From assembly GCF_009914755.1 (NCBI RefSeq), contig NC_060933.1: a DNA stretch of 64,000 nt; one strand, 5' to 3'. Below the pieces are notes generated by a model. It had not been told where the DNA came from. It searched no databases and saw only the letters and a list, made by a program, of their open reading frames with translations. Position numbers and translations under genes: made by a program. Shown piece after piece: positions 26,451-40,033 of this stretch (positions within the stretch are counted from its first letter, which is position 1; each line of letters begins with the position of its first letter). This DNA comes from the human T2T-CHM13v2.0 reference genome, Homo sapiens.

Positions 26451-29400
26451 TTCAACCCGAATGGAATGGAAAGGAATGGAATAAACCCGAGTGAAATGGC
26501 ATGGAAGGGAATGGAATGGAATGGAATGGTACGGAGTAGAATGGAATGGAACGAAATGGAATGGAATGGAATGGAATGGAATGGAATGAACCCGTGAGCA
26601 ATGGAATGGAATGGAATGGAATGGAATGGAATGGAAGGGAATGGAATGGGTTCAATTCGAATGGAATGGAAAGGAATGGAATCAACCCGAGTGCAATGGC
26701 ATGGAATGGAATGGAATGGATTCAACCCGAATGGAATGGAAAGGAATGGAATAAACCCGAGTGGAATGGCATGGAATGGAGTGGAATGGAATGGAATGGA
26801 ATGGAATGGAATGGAATGGAATGCAATTAACCCTAATAGAATGGAATGGAATGCAATGGAATGGAATGGAATGGAATTGAATGGAAGGGAATGGAATGGA
26901 ATGGAATGTAATGGAATGGAATGGAATTAACACGAATAGAATGGAATGGAATGGAATGGAATGGAATGGAATGGAATCAACTCGATTTCAATGGAATGGA
27001 ATGGAATGGAATGGAATGGAATGGAATGGAATAGAATGGAATCCAACCGAGTGCAGTGGAATGGAATGGAATGGAATGCAATGGAATGGAATCATACGGA
27101 ATGGAATGGAATGGAATGGAATGAAATGGAATGGAATGCAATGGAATGGAATGGAATCAACCCGATTGCAATGGAATGGAGTGGAATGGAATGGAATGGA
27201 ATGGAAACAACCCGAATGGAATGGAATGTAATGGAGAGTAAGGGAATTGAATAGAATCAATACGAATGTAATGGAATGGAATGGAACGGAATGGAATGCA
27301 ATGGAATGGAATGGAATGCAATGGAATGGGATCAACCCGAGTGAAATGGAATGGAATCGAAAGGAATGGAATGGAATGGAATGGTTTCAACCCGAATGGA
27401 ACGGAAAGGAATGGAATCAACCCGAGTGGAATGGAATGGAATGGAATGGAATGGAATGGAATGGAATGGGTTCAACTCGAATGGAAGGGAAAAGAATGGA
27501 ATCAACCCGAGTGGAATGGCATGGAATGGAATGAATGGAATGGAATGGAATGGAATGGAATGGATTCAACCCGAATGGAATGGAAAGGAATGGAATAAAC
27601 CCGAGTGGAATGGCATGGAATGGAGTGGAATGGAATTGAATGGAAGGGAATGGTACGGAATAGAATGGAATGGAACGAAATGGAATGGAATGGAATGGAA
27701 TGGAATGGAATGAACCCGTGTACAATTGAATGGAATCGAAAGGAATGGAATGCAATGGAATGGATTCAACTAGAATGGAATGGAAAGGAATGGAATCAAC
27801 CCGAGTGGAATGGCATGGCATGGAATGGAATGGAATGGAATGGAAAGGATTGGTACGGAATAGAATGGAATGGAACGAAATGGAATGGAATGGAATGGAA
27901 TGGAATGGAATGGAATGGAATAGAATGGAATCCACCCGATTGCAGGGGAATGGAATGGAATGGAATGGAATGGATTCAAACCGAATGGAATGGAAAGGAA
28001 TGGAATCAACCCGAGTGGATTGGCATGGAATGGAATGGAATGGAATGGAATGGTAGGGAATAGAATGGAATGGAACGAAATGGAATGGAATGGAATGGAA
28101 TGGAATGGAATGGAATCAACCTGAGTGCAATGGAATGGAGTGGAAGGGAATGTAATGGAACGGAAACAACACGAATGGAATGGAATGTAATGGAGTGTAA
28201 GGGAATTGGATACAATCAATCCGAATGTAATGGAATGGAATGGAACGGAATGGAATTGAATGGAATGGAATGGAATGCAATGGAATGGAATCAACCCGAG
28301 TGCAATGGAACGGAGAGGAATGGAATGGAATGGAATGGAAACAACCCGAATGGAATGGAATGTAATGGAGTGTAAGGGTATTGAACAGAATCAATACGAA
28401 TGTAATGGAATGTAATGGAACGGAATGGAATGCAATGGAATGGAATGCAATGCAATGGAATGGGATCAACCCGAGTGTAATGGAATGGAATCGAAAGGAA
28501 TGGAATGGAATGGAATGGTTTCAACACGAATGGAATGGAAAGGAATGGAATCATCCCGAGTGGAATGGAATGGAATGGAATGGAATGGAATGGAATGGAA
28601 TGGACCCGTGTGCAATGGAATGGAATCGAATGGAATGGAATGGAATGGAATGGATTCAAGTCGAATGGAATGGAAAGGAATGGAATCAACCCGAATGGAA
28701 TGGGATGGAATGGAATGGAATGAAATGGAATGGAATGGAATGGAATGGTACGGAATAGAACGGAATGAAACTAAATGGAATGGAATGGAATGGAATGGAA
28801 AGGAATGGAATGGAATCAACCCGAGTGCAGGGGAATGGAATGGAATGGAAGGCAATGGAATGAAATCATCCGGAATTGAATGGAATGGAATGGAATGGAA
28901 TGGAATGGAATCAACTCGATTGCAATGGAATGTAATGGAATGGAATGGAATGGAATTAACCCTAATAGAATGGAATGGAATGGAATGGAAGGGAATGGAA
29001 TGGAATGGAATGGAATGGAATTAACCGGAATAGAATGCAATGGAATGGAATGGAATGGAATGGAATGGAATGGAATGGAATGAAATGGAATCAACTCGAT
29101 TTCACTGGAATGGAATGGAATGCAATGGAATGGAATGGAATGGAATGGAATGAAATTAACCCGAATAGAATGGAATGGAATGGAATGGAATGGAATGGAA
29201 TGGAATAGAGTGGAATGGAATGGAATGGAATAGAATGGAATCCACCTGAGTGCAGGGGAATGGAATGGAATGGTATGCAATTGAATGGAATCATACGGAA
29301 TGGAATGGAATGGAATGGAATGGAAACAACCCGAATGGAATGGAATGGAATGGATTCAACACGTATGGAATGGAAAGGAATGGAATCAACCCGAGTGGAA

Positions 29401-32400
29401 TGGAATTTAATGGAATGGAATGGAATGGAATGCAGTGAAACGGAATCAAACCTAGTGCAATGGAATGGAATGGAATGGAATGGAATGGAATGGAATGGAT
29501 TAGATTCAACCCAAATGGAATGGAAAGCAATGGAATCAACCCGAGTGGAATGGCATGGAATGGAATGGAATGGAATGGAATGGAAAGGTACGGAATAGAG
29601 TGGAATGGAACGAAATGGAATGGAATGGAATGGAATGGAATGGAATGGAATGGAATGGAATAGAATGGAATCCACCCGATTGCAGGGGAATGGAATGGAA
29701 TGGAATGCAATGGAATGGAATGGAATGGATTCAACCCGAATGGAATGGAAAGGAAAGGAATAAACCCGAGTGAAATGGCATGGAAGGGAATGGAATGGAA
29801 TGCAATGGTACGGAGTAGAATGGAATGGAACGAAATGGAATGGAATGGAATGGAATGGAATGGAATTGGATGGAATGAACCCGTGAGCAATGGAATGGAA
29901 TGGAATGGAATGGAATGGAATGGAATGGAATGGGTTCAACTCGAATGGAATGGAAAGGAATGGAATCAACCCGAGTGGAATGGCATGGAATGGAATGGAA
30001 TGGAATGGAATGGAATGGAATGGAATGGATTCAACCCGAATGGAATGGATTCAACCCGAATGGAATGGAAAGGAATGGAATAAACCCGAGTGGAATGGCA
30101 TGGAATGGAGTGGAATGGAATGGAATGGAAGGGAATGGTACGGAATAGAATGGAATGGAACGAAATGGAATGGAATGGAATGGAATGGAATGGAATGGAA
30201 TGAACCCGTGTGCAATTGAATGGAATCGAATGGAATGGAATGCAATGGAATGGATTCAACTAGAATGGAATGGAAAGGAATGGAATCAACTCGAGTGGAA
30301 TGGCATGGCAAGGAATGGAATGGAATGGAATGGAATGGAATGGAAAGGTACGGAATAGAATGGAATGGAACGAAATGGAATGGAATGGAATGGAATGAAT
30401 GGAATGGAATGGAATAGAATGGAATCCACCCGATTGCAGGGGAATGGAATGGAACGGAATACAATGGAATGGAATGGAATGGATTCAACCCGAATGGAAT
30501 GGAAAGGAATGGAATCAACCCGAGTGGAATGGCATGGAATGGAATGGAATGGAATGGAATGGAATGGTACGGAATAGAATGGAATGGAACGAAATGGAAT
30601 GGAATGGAATGGAATGGAATGGAATGGAATGGAATGGAATCAACCTGAGTGCAATGGAATGGAGTGGAATGGAATGTAATGGAATGGAAAGAACCCGAAT
30701 GGAATGGAATGTAATGGAGTGTAAGGGAATTGAATACAATCAATCCGAATGTAATGGAATGGAATGGAACGGAATGGAATGGAATGGAATGGAATGGAAT
30801 GGAATGGAATGAAATGGAATGGCAGGGAATGGAATGGAATCAACCCGAGTGCAAAGGAATGGAATGGAATGGAATGGAATGGAATGGAATGGAATGGATT
30901 CAACCCGAATGGAATGGAAAGGAATGTAATAAACCTGAGTGGAATGGCATGGAATGGAATGGAATGGAATGGAATGGTACGGAATAGAATGGAATGGAAC
31001 GAAATGGAATGGAATGGAATGGAATGGAATGGAATCAACCTGAGTGCAATGGAATGGAGTAGAATGGAAAGTAATGGAATGGAAACAACCCGAATGGAAT
31101 GGAATGTAATGGAGTGTAAGGGAATTGAATACAATCAATCCGAATGTAATGGAATGGAATGGAACGGAATGGAATGGAATGGAATGCAGTGGAATGGAAT
31201 CAAACCTAGTGCAATGGAATGGAATGGAATGGAATGGAATGGAATGGAATGGAATGGATTGGATTCAACCCAAATGGAATGGAAAGCAATGGAATCAACC
31301 CGAGTGGAATGGCATGGAATGGAATGGAATGGAATGGAATGGAATGGTACAGAATAAAATGGAATGGAACGAAATGGAATGGAATGGAATGGAATGGAAC
31401 GGAATGGAATGGAATCAACTCGATTGCAATGGAATGTAATGGAATGGAATAGAATGGAATTAACGCGAATAGAATGGAATGGAATGTAATGGAACGGAAT
31501 GGAATGGAATGGGATAGAATGGAATCAATCTGAGTGCAGGAGAATGGAATGGAATGGAATACAATGGAATGGAATGGAATGGAATGGAATGCAATGGAAT
31601 CAACTAGATTGCAATGGGATGGAATGGAATGGAATGGAATGGAAGGGAATGGAATGGAATGGAATTAACCTGAACAGAATGGAATGGAATGGAATGGAAC
31701 GGAATGGAATGGAATGGAATGGAATGGAATGGAATGCAATGCAATGGGATCAACCCGAGTGCAGGGGAATGGAATGGAATGGAATGCAATGGAATGGAAT
31801 CAATCAACCCGAGTGCAATAGAATGAAGTGGAATGGAATGGAATGGAATGGAAAGTACCCGAATGGAAAGGAATATAATGGAGTGTAAGGGAATTAAAAA
31901 GAATCAATCCGAATGTAATGGAATGGAATGGAACGGAATGGAATGGAATGGAATGGAATGGAATGGAATGGAATGAAATGGAATGGAATGGAATGGAATG
32001 GAATGAAATGGAATGGCATGGAATGGAATGGAATCAACCCGAGTTCAATGGATTGGAATCAAATGGAATGGAATGGAATGGAATGCATTCAAACCGAATG
32101 GAATGGAAAGGAATGGAATAAACCCGAGTGAAATGGCATGGAAGGGAATGGAATGGAATGGAATGGTAAGGAATAGAATGGAATGGAACGAAATGGAATG
32201 GAATGGAATGGAATGCAATGGAATGGAATGGAATGGAATGGAATGAACCCGTGTGCAATGGAATGGAATGGAATGGAATGGAATGGAATGGAATGGAATG
32301 GGTTCAACCAGAATGGAATGGAAAGGAATGGAATCAACCCGAGTGGAATGGCATGGAATGGAATGGAATGGAATGGAATGAAATGGAATGGTAGGGAATG

Positions 32401-35400
32401 GATTGAAATGGAATGGAATGGAATGGAATCAACCCGAGTGCAATGTAATGGAATTGAATGGAATGGAATAGAATGTAATGGAACGGAATGCAATGGAATG
32501 GAATCATCCGGAATGGAATGGAATGGAATGGAATGGAATGGAATCAACCCGAGTGCAATGGAATGGAGTGGAATGGAATGGAATGGAATGGAACAACTCG
32601 AATGGAATGGAATGTAATGGAGAGTAAGGGAGTAGAATAGAATCAATCCGAATGTAATGGAATGAAATGCAACGGAATGGAATGGAATGGAATGGAATGG
32701 AATGCAATGGAATGGAATCAACCCGAGTACAATGGAATGGAATGGAATGGAATGGAATGGAATGGAATGGAATGGAATGCCTTCAAACCGAATGGAATGG
32801 AAAGAATGGAATCAACACGAGTGGAATGGCATGGATTGGAATGGAATGGAATGGAATCAACCCGAGTACAGGGGAATGGAATGGAATGGAATGCAATGGA
32901 ATGGATTCATCCGTAATGGAATGGAAAGGAATGGAATGGAATGGAATGGAATGGAATGGAATGGAATGGAAAGGAATCAACTCCATTGCAATCGAATGGA
33001 ATGGAATGGAATTAACCCGAATAGAATGGAATGGAATGGAATGGAACGGAACGGAACAGAATGGAATGGAATGGAATGGAATGGAATGGAATGGAATCAA
33101 CCCGACTGCAGGGGAATGGAATGGAATGGAATGCAATGGAATGCATTCAACTTGAATGGAATGGAAAGAATGGAATCAACACGAGTGGAATGGCATGGAT
33201 TGGAATGGAATGGAATGGAATCAACCCGAGTAGAGGCGAATGGAATGGAATGGAATGCAATGGAATGGAATCATCCGTAATGGAATGGAAAGGAATGGAA
33301 TGGAATGGAATTAACCCGAATAGAATGGAATGGAATGGAATGGAACAGAATGGAACGGAAAGGAATGGAATGGAATGGAATGGAATGGAATGGAATGGTA
33401 TGGAATGGAATGGAATGGAATGCAACGGAATGGAATGGAATGGAATGGAATGGAATGGAATGCAATGGAATGGAATCAACCCGAGTACAATGGAATGGAA
33501 TGGAATGGAATGGAATGGAATGGAATGGAATGGAATGAAATGGAATGATACGGAATAGAATGGAATGGAACAAAATGGAATGGAATGGAATGGAATGGAA
33601 TGGAATGGAATGGAATGGAATGGAATGGAATCGTTCCGAGTGGAATAGGAGGGAATGTATTCGAGTGGAATGGAAAGGAATGGAATCAACCAGAGTGGAA
33701 TGGAAGGGAATGGAATGGAATGGAAATTAATAGAATGGAATCAACACGAGTGGAATGGAATGGAAAGGACTGGAATGGAATGGAATGGAATGGAATCAAC
33801 TCGATTGTAATGGAATGGAATGGAATGGAATGGAATGGAATGGAATGGAATGGAGTGGAATGGAATGGAATCAACCCGAATGCAGGGGAATGGAATGGAA
33901 TGGAATGCAATGGAATGGAATCATCCGGAATGGAATGGAATGGAATGGAATGCAAAGCAATGGAATCAACTCGATTGCAATGGAATGGAATGGAATGGAA
34001 AGGAATACATTGGAATCAACCCGACTGGAATGGAATGGAAAGGACTGGAATGGAGTGGAATGGAATGGAATGGAATGGAATGGAATGGAATGAACTCGAT
34101 TGGAATGGAATGGAATGGAATGGAATGGAATGGAATTAACCCGAATAGAATGGAATGGAATGGAATGGAACGGAACGGAATGGAATGGAATGGAATGGAA
34201 TGGAATGGAATGGAATGGAATGTAATGGAATGGAATCAACCCGACTGCAGGGGAATGGAATGGAATGGAATGCAATGGAATGGATTCAACTTGAATGGAA
34301 TGGAAAGAATGGAATCAACACGAGTGGAATGGCATGGATTGGAATGGAATGGAATGGAATCAACCCGAGTACAGGGGAATGGAATGGAATGGAATGCAAT
34401 GGAATGGAATCATCCGTAATGGAATGGAAAGGAATGGAATGGAATGGAATCAACTCGATTGCAATCGAATGGAATGGAATGGAATTAACCCGAATAGAAT
34501 GGAATGGAATGGAATGGAACGGAACGGAATGGAATGGAATGGAATGGAATGGAATGGAATGGATTTAACCCGAATACAATGCAATGGAATGGAATGGAAC
34601 GGAATGGACTGGAATGGAATGGAATCAACCCGAGTGCAGGGGAATGGAATGGAATTTAATGCAATGGAAAGGAATCATCCGGAATGGAATGGAATGGAAT
34701 GGAATGCAAAGCAATGGAATCAACTCGATTGCAATGGAATGGAATGGAATGGAAAGGAATACATTGGAATCAACCCGAGTGGAAAGGAATGGAAAGGACT
34801 GGAATGGAGTGGAATGGAATGGAATGGAATGGAATGGAATGGAAAGGAATCAACTTGATTGGAATGGAATGGAATGGAATGGAATGGAATTAACCCGAAT
34901 AGAAAGGAATGGAATGGAATGGAACGGAACGGAATGGAATGGAATGGAATGGAATGGAATGGAATGGAATGGAATCAACCCGACTGCAGGGGAATGGAAT
35001 GGAATGGAATGCAATGGAATGGATTCAACTTGAATGGAATGGTAAGAATGGAATCAACACGAGTGGAATGGCATGGATTGGAATATAATGGAATGGAATC
35101 AACCCGAGTACAGTGGAATGGAATGCAATGGAATGCAATGGAATGGAATCATCCGTAATGGAATGGAAAGGAATGGAAAGGAATGGAATGAAATGGAATG
35201 GAATGGAATGGAATGGAATCAACTCGATTGAAATCGAATGGAATGGAATGGAGTTAACCCGAATAGAATGGAATGGAATGGAATGGAACGGAACGGAACG
35301 GAACGGAAGGGAACGGAATGGAATGGAATGGAATGGAATGGAATGGAACGGAGAGGAATGGAATGGAATGGAATGGAATGGAATCAACGCGAGTGCAGGG

Positions 35401-35501
35401 GAATGGAATGGAATGGAATGCAATGGAATGGAATCTTCCGGAATGGAATGGAATGGAATGGAATGGAATGGAATGGAATAAACCCGAGTGCAATGGAATG
35501 G

Positions 35502-37666
35502 AGTGGAATGGAATGGAATGGAATGGAACAACCCGAATGGAATGGAGTGTAATGGAGACTAAGGGAGTTGAATAGAATCTATCCGAATGTAATGGAATGG
35601 AATGGAACGGAATGGAATGGAATGGAATGGAATGGAATGGAATGCAATGGAATGGAATCAACCCGAGTGCAATCGAATGGAATCGAATGGAATGGAATGC
35701 AATGGAATGGATTCAACTTGAATGGAATGGAAAGAATGGAATCAACACGAGTGGAAGGGCATGGATTGGAATGGAATGGAATGGAATCAACCCGAGTACA
35801 GGGGAATGGAATGGAATTTAATGCAATGGAATGGAATCATCCGTAATGGAACGGAAAGGAATGGAATGGAATGGAATGGAATGGAATGGAATCAACACGA
35901 TTGCAATCGAATGGAATGGAATGGAATTAACCCGAATAGAATGGAATGGAATGGAACGGAAGAGAACGGAATGGAATGGAATGGAATGGAATGGAACGGA
36001 ACGGAACGGAACGGAACGGAACGGAACGGAATGGAATGGAATGGAATGGAATGGAATCAACGCGAGTGCAGGGGAATGGAATGGAATGGAATGCAATGGA
36101 ATGGAATCTTCCGGAATGGAATGGAATGGAATGGAATGGAATGGAATGAAATGCAATGGATTCAACTCGATTGCAATGGAATGGAATAGAATGGAATGGA
36201 ATGGAATGGAATGGAATTACCCCGAATAGAATGGAATGGAATGGAATGGAACGGAACGGAACGGAATGGAATGGAATGGAATGGAATGGAATGGAATGGA
36301 ATGCAATGGTATGGAATGGAATGGAATGGTACGGAATAGAATGGAATGGAAAGAATTGTAATGGAATGGAATTGAATGGAATGGAATGGAATGGAATGGA
36401 ATCAACGCGAGTGCAGGGGAATGTAATGGAACGGAATGCAATGGATTGGAATCATGGATTGGAATCAATGGATTGGAATGTAATGGAATGCAATGGAATG
36501 GAATCTTCCTGAATGGAATGGAATGGAATGGAATGGAATAAACCCGAGTGCAATGGAATGCAGTGGAATGGAATGGAATGGAATGGAACAACCCGAATGG
36601 AATGGAGTGTAATGGAGACTAAGGGAGTTGAATAGAATCTATCCGAATGTAATGGAATGGAATGGAACGGAATGGAATGGAATGGAATGGAATGGAATGG
36701 AATGCAATGGAATGGAATCAACCCGAGTGCAATCGAATGGAATCGAATGGAATGGAATGCAATGGAATGGATTCAACTTGAATGGAATGGAAAGAATGGA
36801 ATCAACACGAGTGGAAGGGCATGGATTGGAATGGAATGGAATGGAATCAACCCGAGTACAGGGGAATGGAATGGAATTTAATGCAATGGAATGGAATCAT
36901 CCGTAATGGAACGGAAAGGAATGGAATGGAATGGAATGGAATGGAATGGAATCAACACGATTGCAATCGAATGGAATGGAATGGAATTAACCCGAATAGA
37001 ATGGAATGGAATGGAACGGAAGAGAACGGAATGGAATGGAATGGAATGGAATGGAACGGAACGGAACGGAACGGAACGGAACGGAACGGAATGGAATGGA
37101 ATGGAATGGAATGGAATCAACGCGAGTGCAGGGGAATGGAATGGAATGGAATGCAATGGAATGGAATCTTCCGGAATGGAATGGAATGGAATGGAATGGA
37201 ATGGAATGAAATGCAATGGATTCAACTCGATTGCAATGGAATGGAATAGAATGGAATGGAATGGAATGGAATGGAATTACCCCGAATAGAATGGAATGGA
37301 ATGGAATGGAACGGAACGGAACGGAATGGAATGGAATGGAATGGAATGGAATGGAATGGAATGCAATGGTATGGAATGGAATGGAATGGTACGGAATAGA
37401 ATGGAATGGAAAGAATTGTAATGGAATGGAATTGAATGGAATGGAATGGAATGGAATGGAATCAACGCGAGTGCAGGGGAATGTAATGGAACGGAATGCA
37501 ATGGATTGGAATCATGGATTGGAATCAATGGATTGGAATGTAATGGAATGCAATGGAATGGAATCTTCCTGAATGGAATGGAATGGAATGGAATGGAATA
37601 AACCCGAGTGCAATGGAATGCAGTGGAATGGAATGGAATGGAATGGAACAACCCGAATGGAATGGA
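35502..37666 (+). repeat. Apparently exact tandem duplication, 1060-bp unit x2 (plus 45 bp terminal overlap)
   Basis: ORFs repeat at offset 1060 (35568/36628, 35722/36782, 36156/37216). Private variants ggagactaag, gaatctatccg and ggaagagaacgg are in both copies. Bounding mismatches are at 35501/36561 and 36607/37667. Confidence 0.92.
35995..36029 (+). repeat. (AACGG)7 variant-pentamer microsatellite (also 37055-37089; (AACGG)6 at 6370-6399)
   Basis: Direct read of consecutive AACGG units replacing AATGG. Confidence 0.9.
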
Positions 37667-39160
37667 ATGTAATGGAGAGTAAGGGAGTTGAATAGAATCA
37701 ATCCGAATGTAATGGAATGGAATGCAACGGAATGGAATGGAATGGAATGGAATGGAATGGAATGGAATGCAAAGGAATGGAATCAAGCAGAGAGGAATTG
37801 CATGGAATGGAATGCAATGGAATGGAAGTTAATGGAATCAACTCGAGTGGAAAGGAATGGAATGGAATGGAAAGGAATGGAATGAAATCAAGTCGAGTGG
37901 AATGGAATGGAATGGAATGGATTGGAATGGATTGCAACGGAATGAAATGGAATGGAATGGAATGGAATCAATCATTCCGAGTAGAATGGAAGGTAATGTA
38001 ATGGAGTGGAAAGAAGGGAATGGAATCAACCCGATTGGAATGCAAGGCAATGGAATGGAATGGAATGGAATGGAATGCAATCAACTCGATTGCAATGGAA
38101 TGGAATGGAATGGAATGGAATGGAATGGAATGGAATGGAATGGAATTAACCGGAATAGAATGGAATGCAATGGAATGGAACGGAATGGAATGGAATGGAA
38201 GGTAATGGAATCAACACGAGTGCAGGGGAATGGAATGGAATGGAATGCAATGGAATGGAATCATACGGAATGGAATGGAATGGAATGGAATCAACTCCAT
38301 TGTAATGGAATGGAATGGAATGGAATGGAATGGAATGGAATGGAATGGAATAGAATGGAATGGAATTAACCCGAATAGAATGGAATGCAATAGAATGGAA
38401 TGGAACGGAACCGAATGGAGTGGAATGGAATGGAATGGAATCAACATGAGTGCAGGGGAATGGAATGGAATGGAATGCAATGGAATGGAATCATCCGGAA
38501 TGGAACGGAATGGAATGGAATGGAATCAAACCGAGTGCAATGGAATGGTGTGAAATGGAATGGAATGGAATGGAAACAACCTGAATGTATTGGAATATAA
38601 TGGAGTGTAAGGGAATTGAATAGAATAAATCTGAATGTAATGAAATGGAATGGAACGGAATGGAATGGAATGGAATGGAATCGAATGGAATGGAATGGAA
38701 TGGAATCAACCCGAGTGCAATGGAATGGATTCGAATGGAATGGAATGGAGTGGAATGGATTCAACTTGAATGGAATGGAAAGAATGGAATCAACACGAGT
38801 GGAATGGCATGGAATGGAATGGAAAGGAATGGCGTGGAATGGAATGGAATGGTTCGGAATAGAATGGATTGGAACAAAATGGAATGGAATGGAATGGAAT
38901 GGAATGGAATGGAATGGAATCAACGCGATTGAAGGGGAATGTAATGGAACAGAATGCAATGGAATGGAATCATCCGGAGTGGAATGGAATGGAATGGAAT
39001 GGAATGGAATCAACGCGAGTGCAGGGAAATGGAATGGAATGGAATGCAATGGAATGGAATCTTCCGGAATGGAATGGAATGGAATGGAATGGAATGGAAT
39101 CAACCCGAGTGCAATGGAATGGAGTGGAATGGAATGGAATGGAATGGAACAACCCGAATG

Positions 39161-39260
39161 GAATGGAATGTAATGGAGAGTAAGGGAGTTGAATAGAATC
39201 AATCCGAATGGAATGGAATGTAATTGAGAGTAAGGGAGTTGAATAGAATCAATCCGAATG
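39161..39260 (+). repeat. 50-bp tandem duplication of the GAGAGTAAGGGAGTTGAATAGAATCAATCCG module
   Basis: 39161-39210 and 39211-39260 differ at one base (taatgg vs taattg). Confidence 0.9.
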
Positions 39261-39399
39261 TAATGGAATGGATAGGAACGGAATAGAATTGAATGGAATG
39301 GAATGGAATGCAATGGAATGGAATCAACCCGAGTACAATGGAATGAAATGGAATGGAATGGAATGGAATGGAATGGAATGGAATGGAACGGAATGGAAC

Positions 39400-40033
39400 G
39401 GAACGGAATGGAATGGAATGGAATGGAATGGAATGGAATGGAACGGAAAGGAATGGAATGGAATGGAATGGAATGGAATGGAATGGAATCAACGCGAGTG
39501 CAGGGCAATGGAATGGAATGGAATGCAATGGAATGGAATCTTCCGGAATGGAATGGAATGGAATGGAATGGAATGGAATCAACCCGAGTGCAATGGAAAG
39601 GAGTGGAATGGAATGGAATGGAACAACCCGAATGGAATGGAATGTAATGGAGAGTAAGGGAGTTGAATAGAATCAATCCGAATGTAAAGGAATGGAATGG
39701 AACGGAATGGAATGGAATGGAATGGAATGGAATGGAATGGAACGGAAAGGAATGGAATGGAATGGAATGGAATGGAATGGAATGGAATCAACGCGAGTGC
39801 AGGGCAATGGAATGGAATGGAATGCAATGGAATGGAATCTTCCGGAATGGAATGGAATGGAATGGAATGGAATGGAATCAACCCGAGTGCAATGGAAAGG
39901 AGTGGAATGGAATGGAATGGAACAACCCGAGTGGAATGGAATGTAATGGAGAGTAAGGGAGTTGAATAGAATCAATCCGAATGTAAAGGAATGGAATGGA
40001 ACGGAATGGAATGGAATGGAATGGAATGGAATG
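39400..40033 (+). repeat. 299-bp tandem duplication (~2.1 copies)
   Basis: Private variants gtgcagggcaatgg, caatggaaaggagtgg and aatgtaaagg recur at offset 299. One mismatch noticed (39632 a vs 39931 g). Confidence 0.88.
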
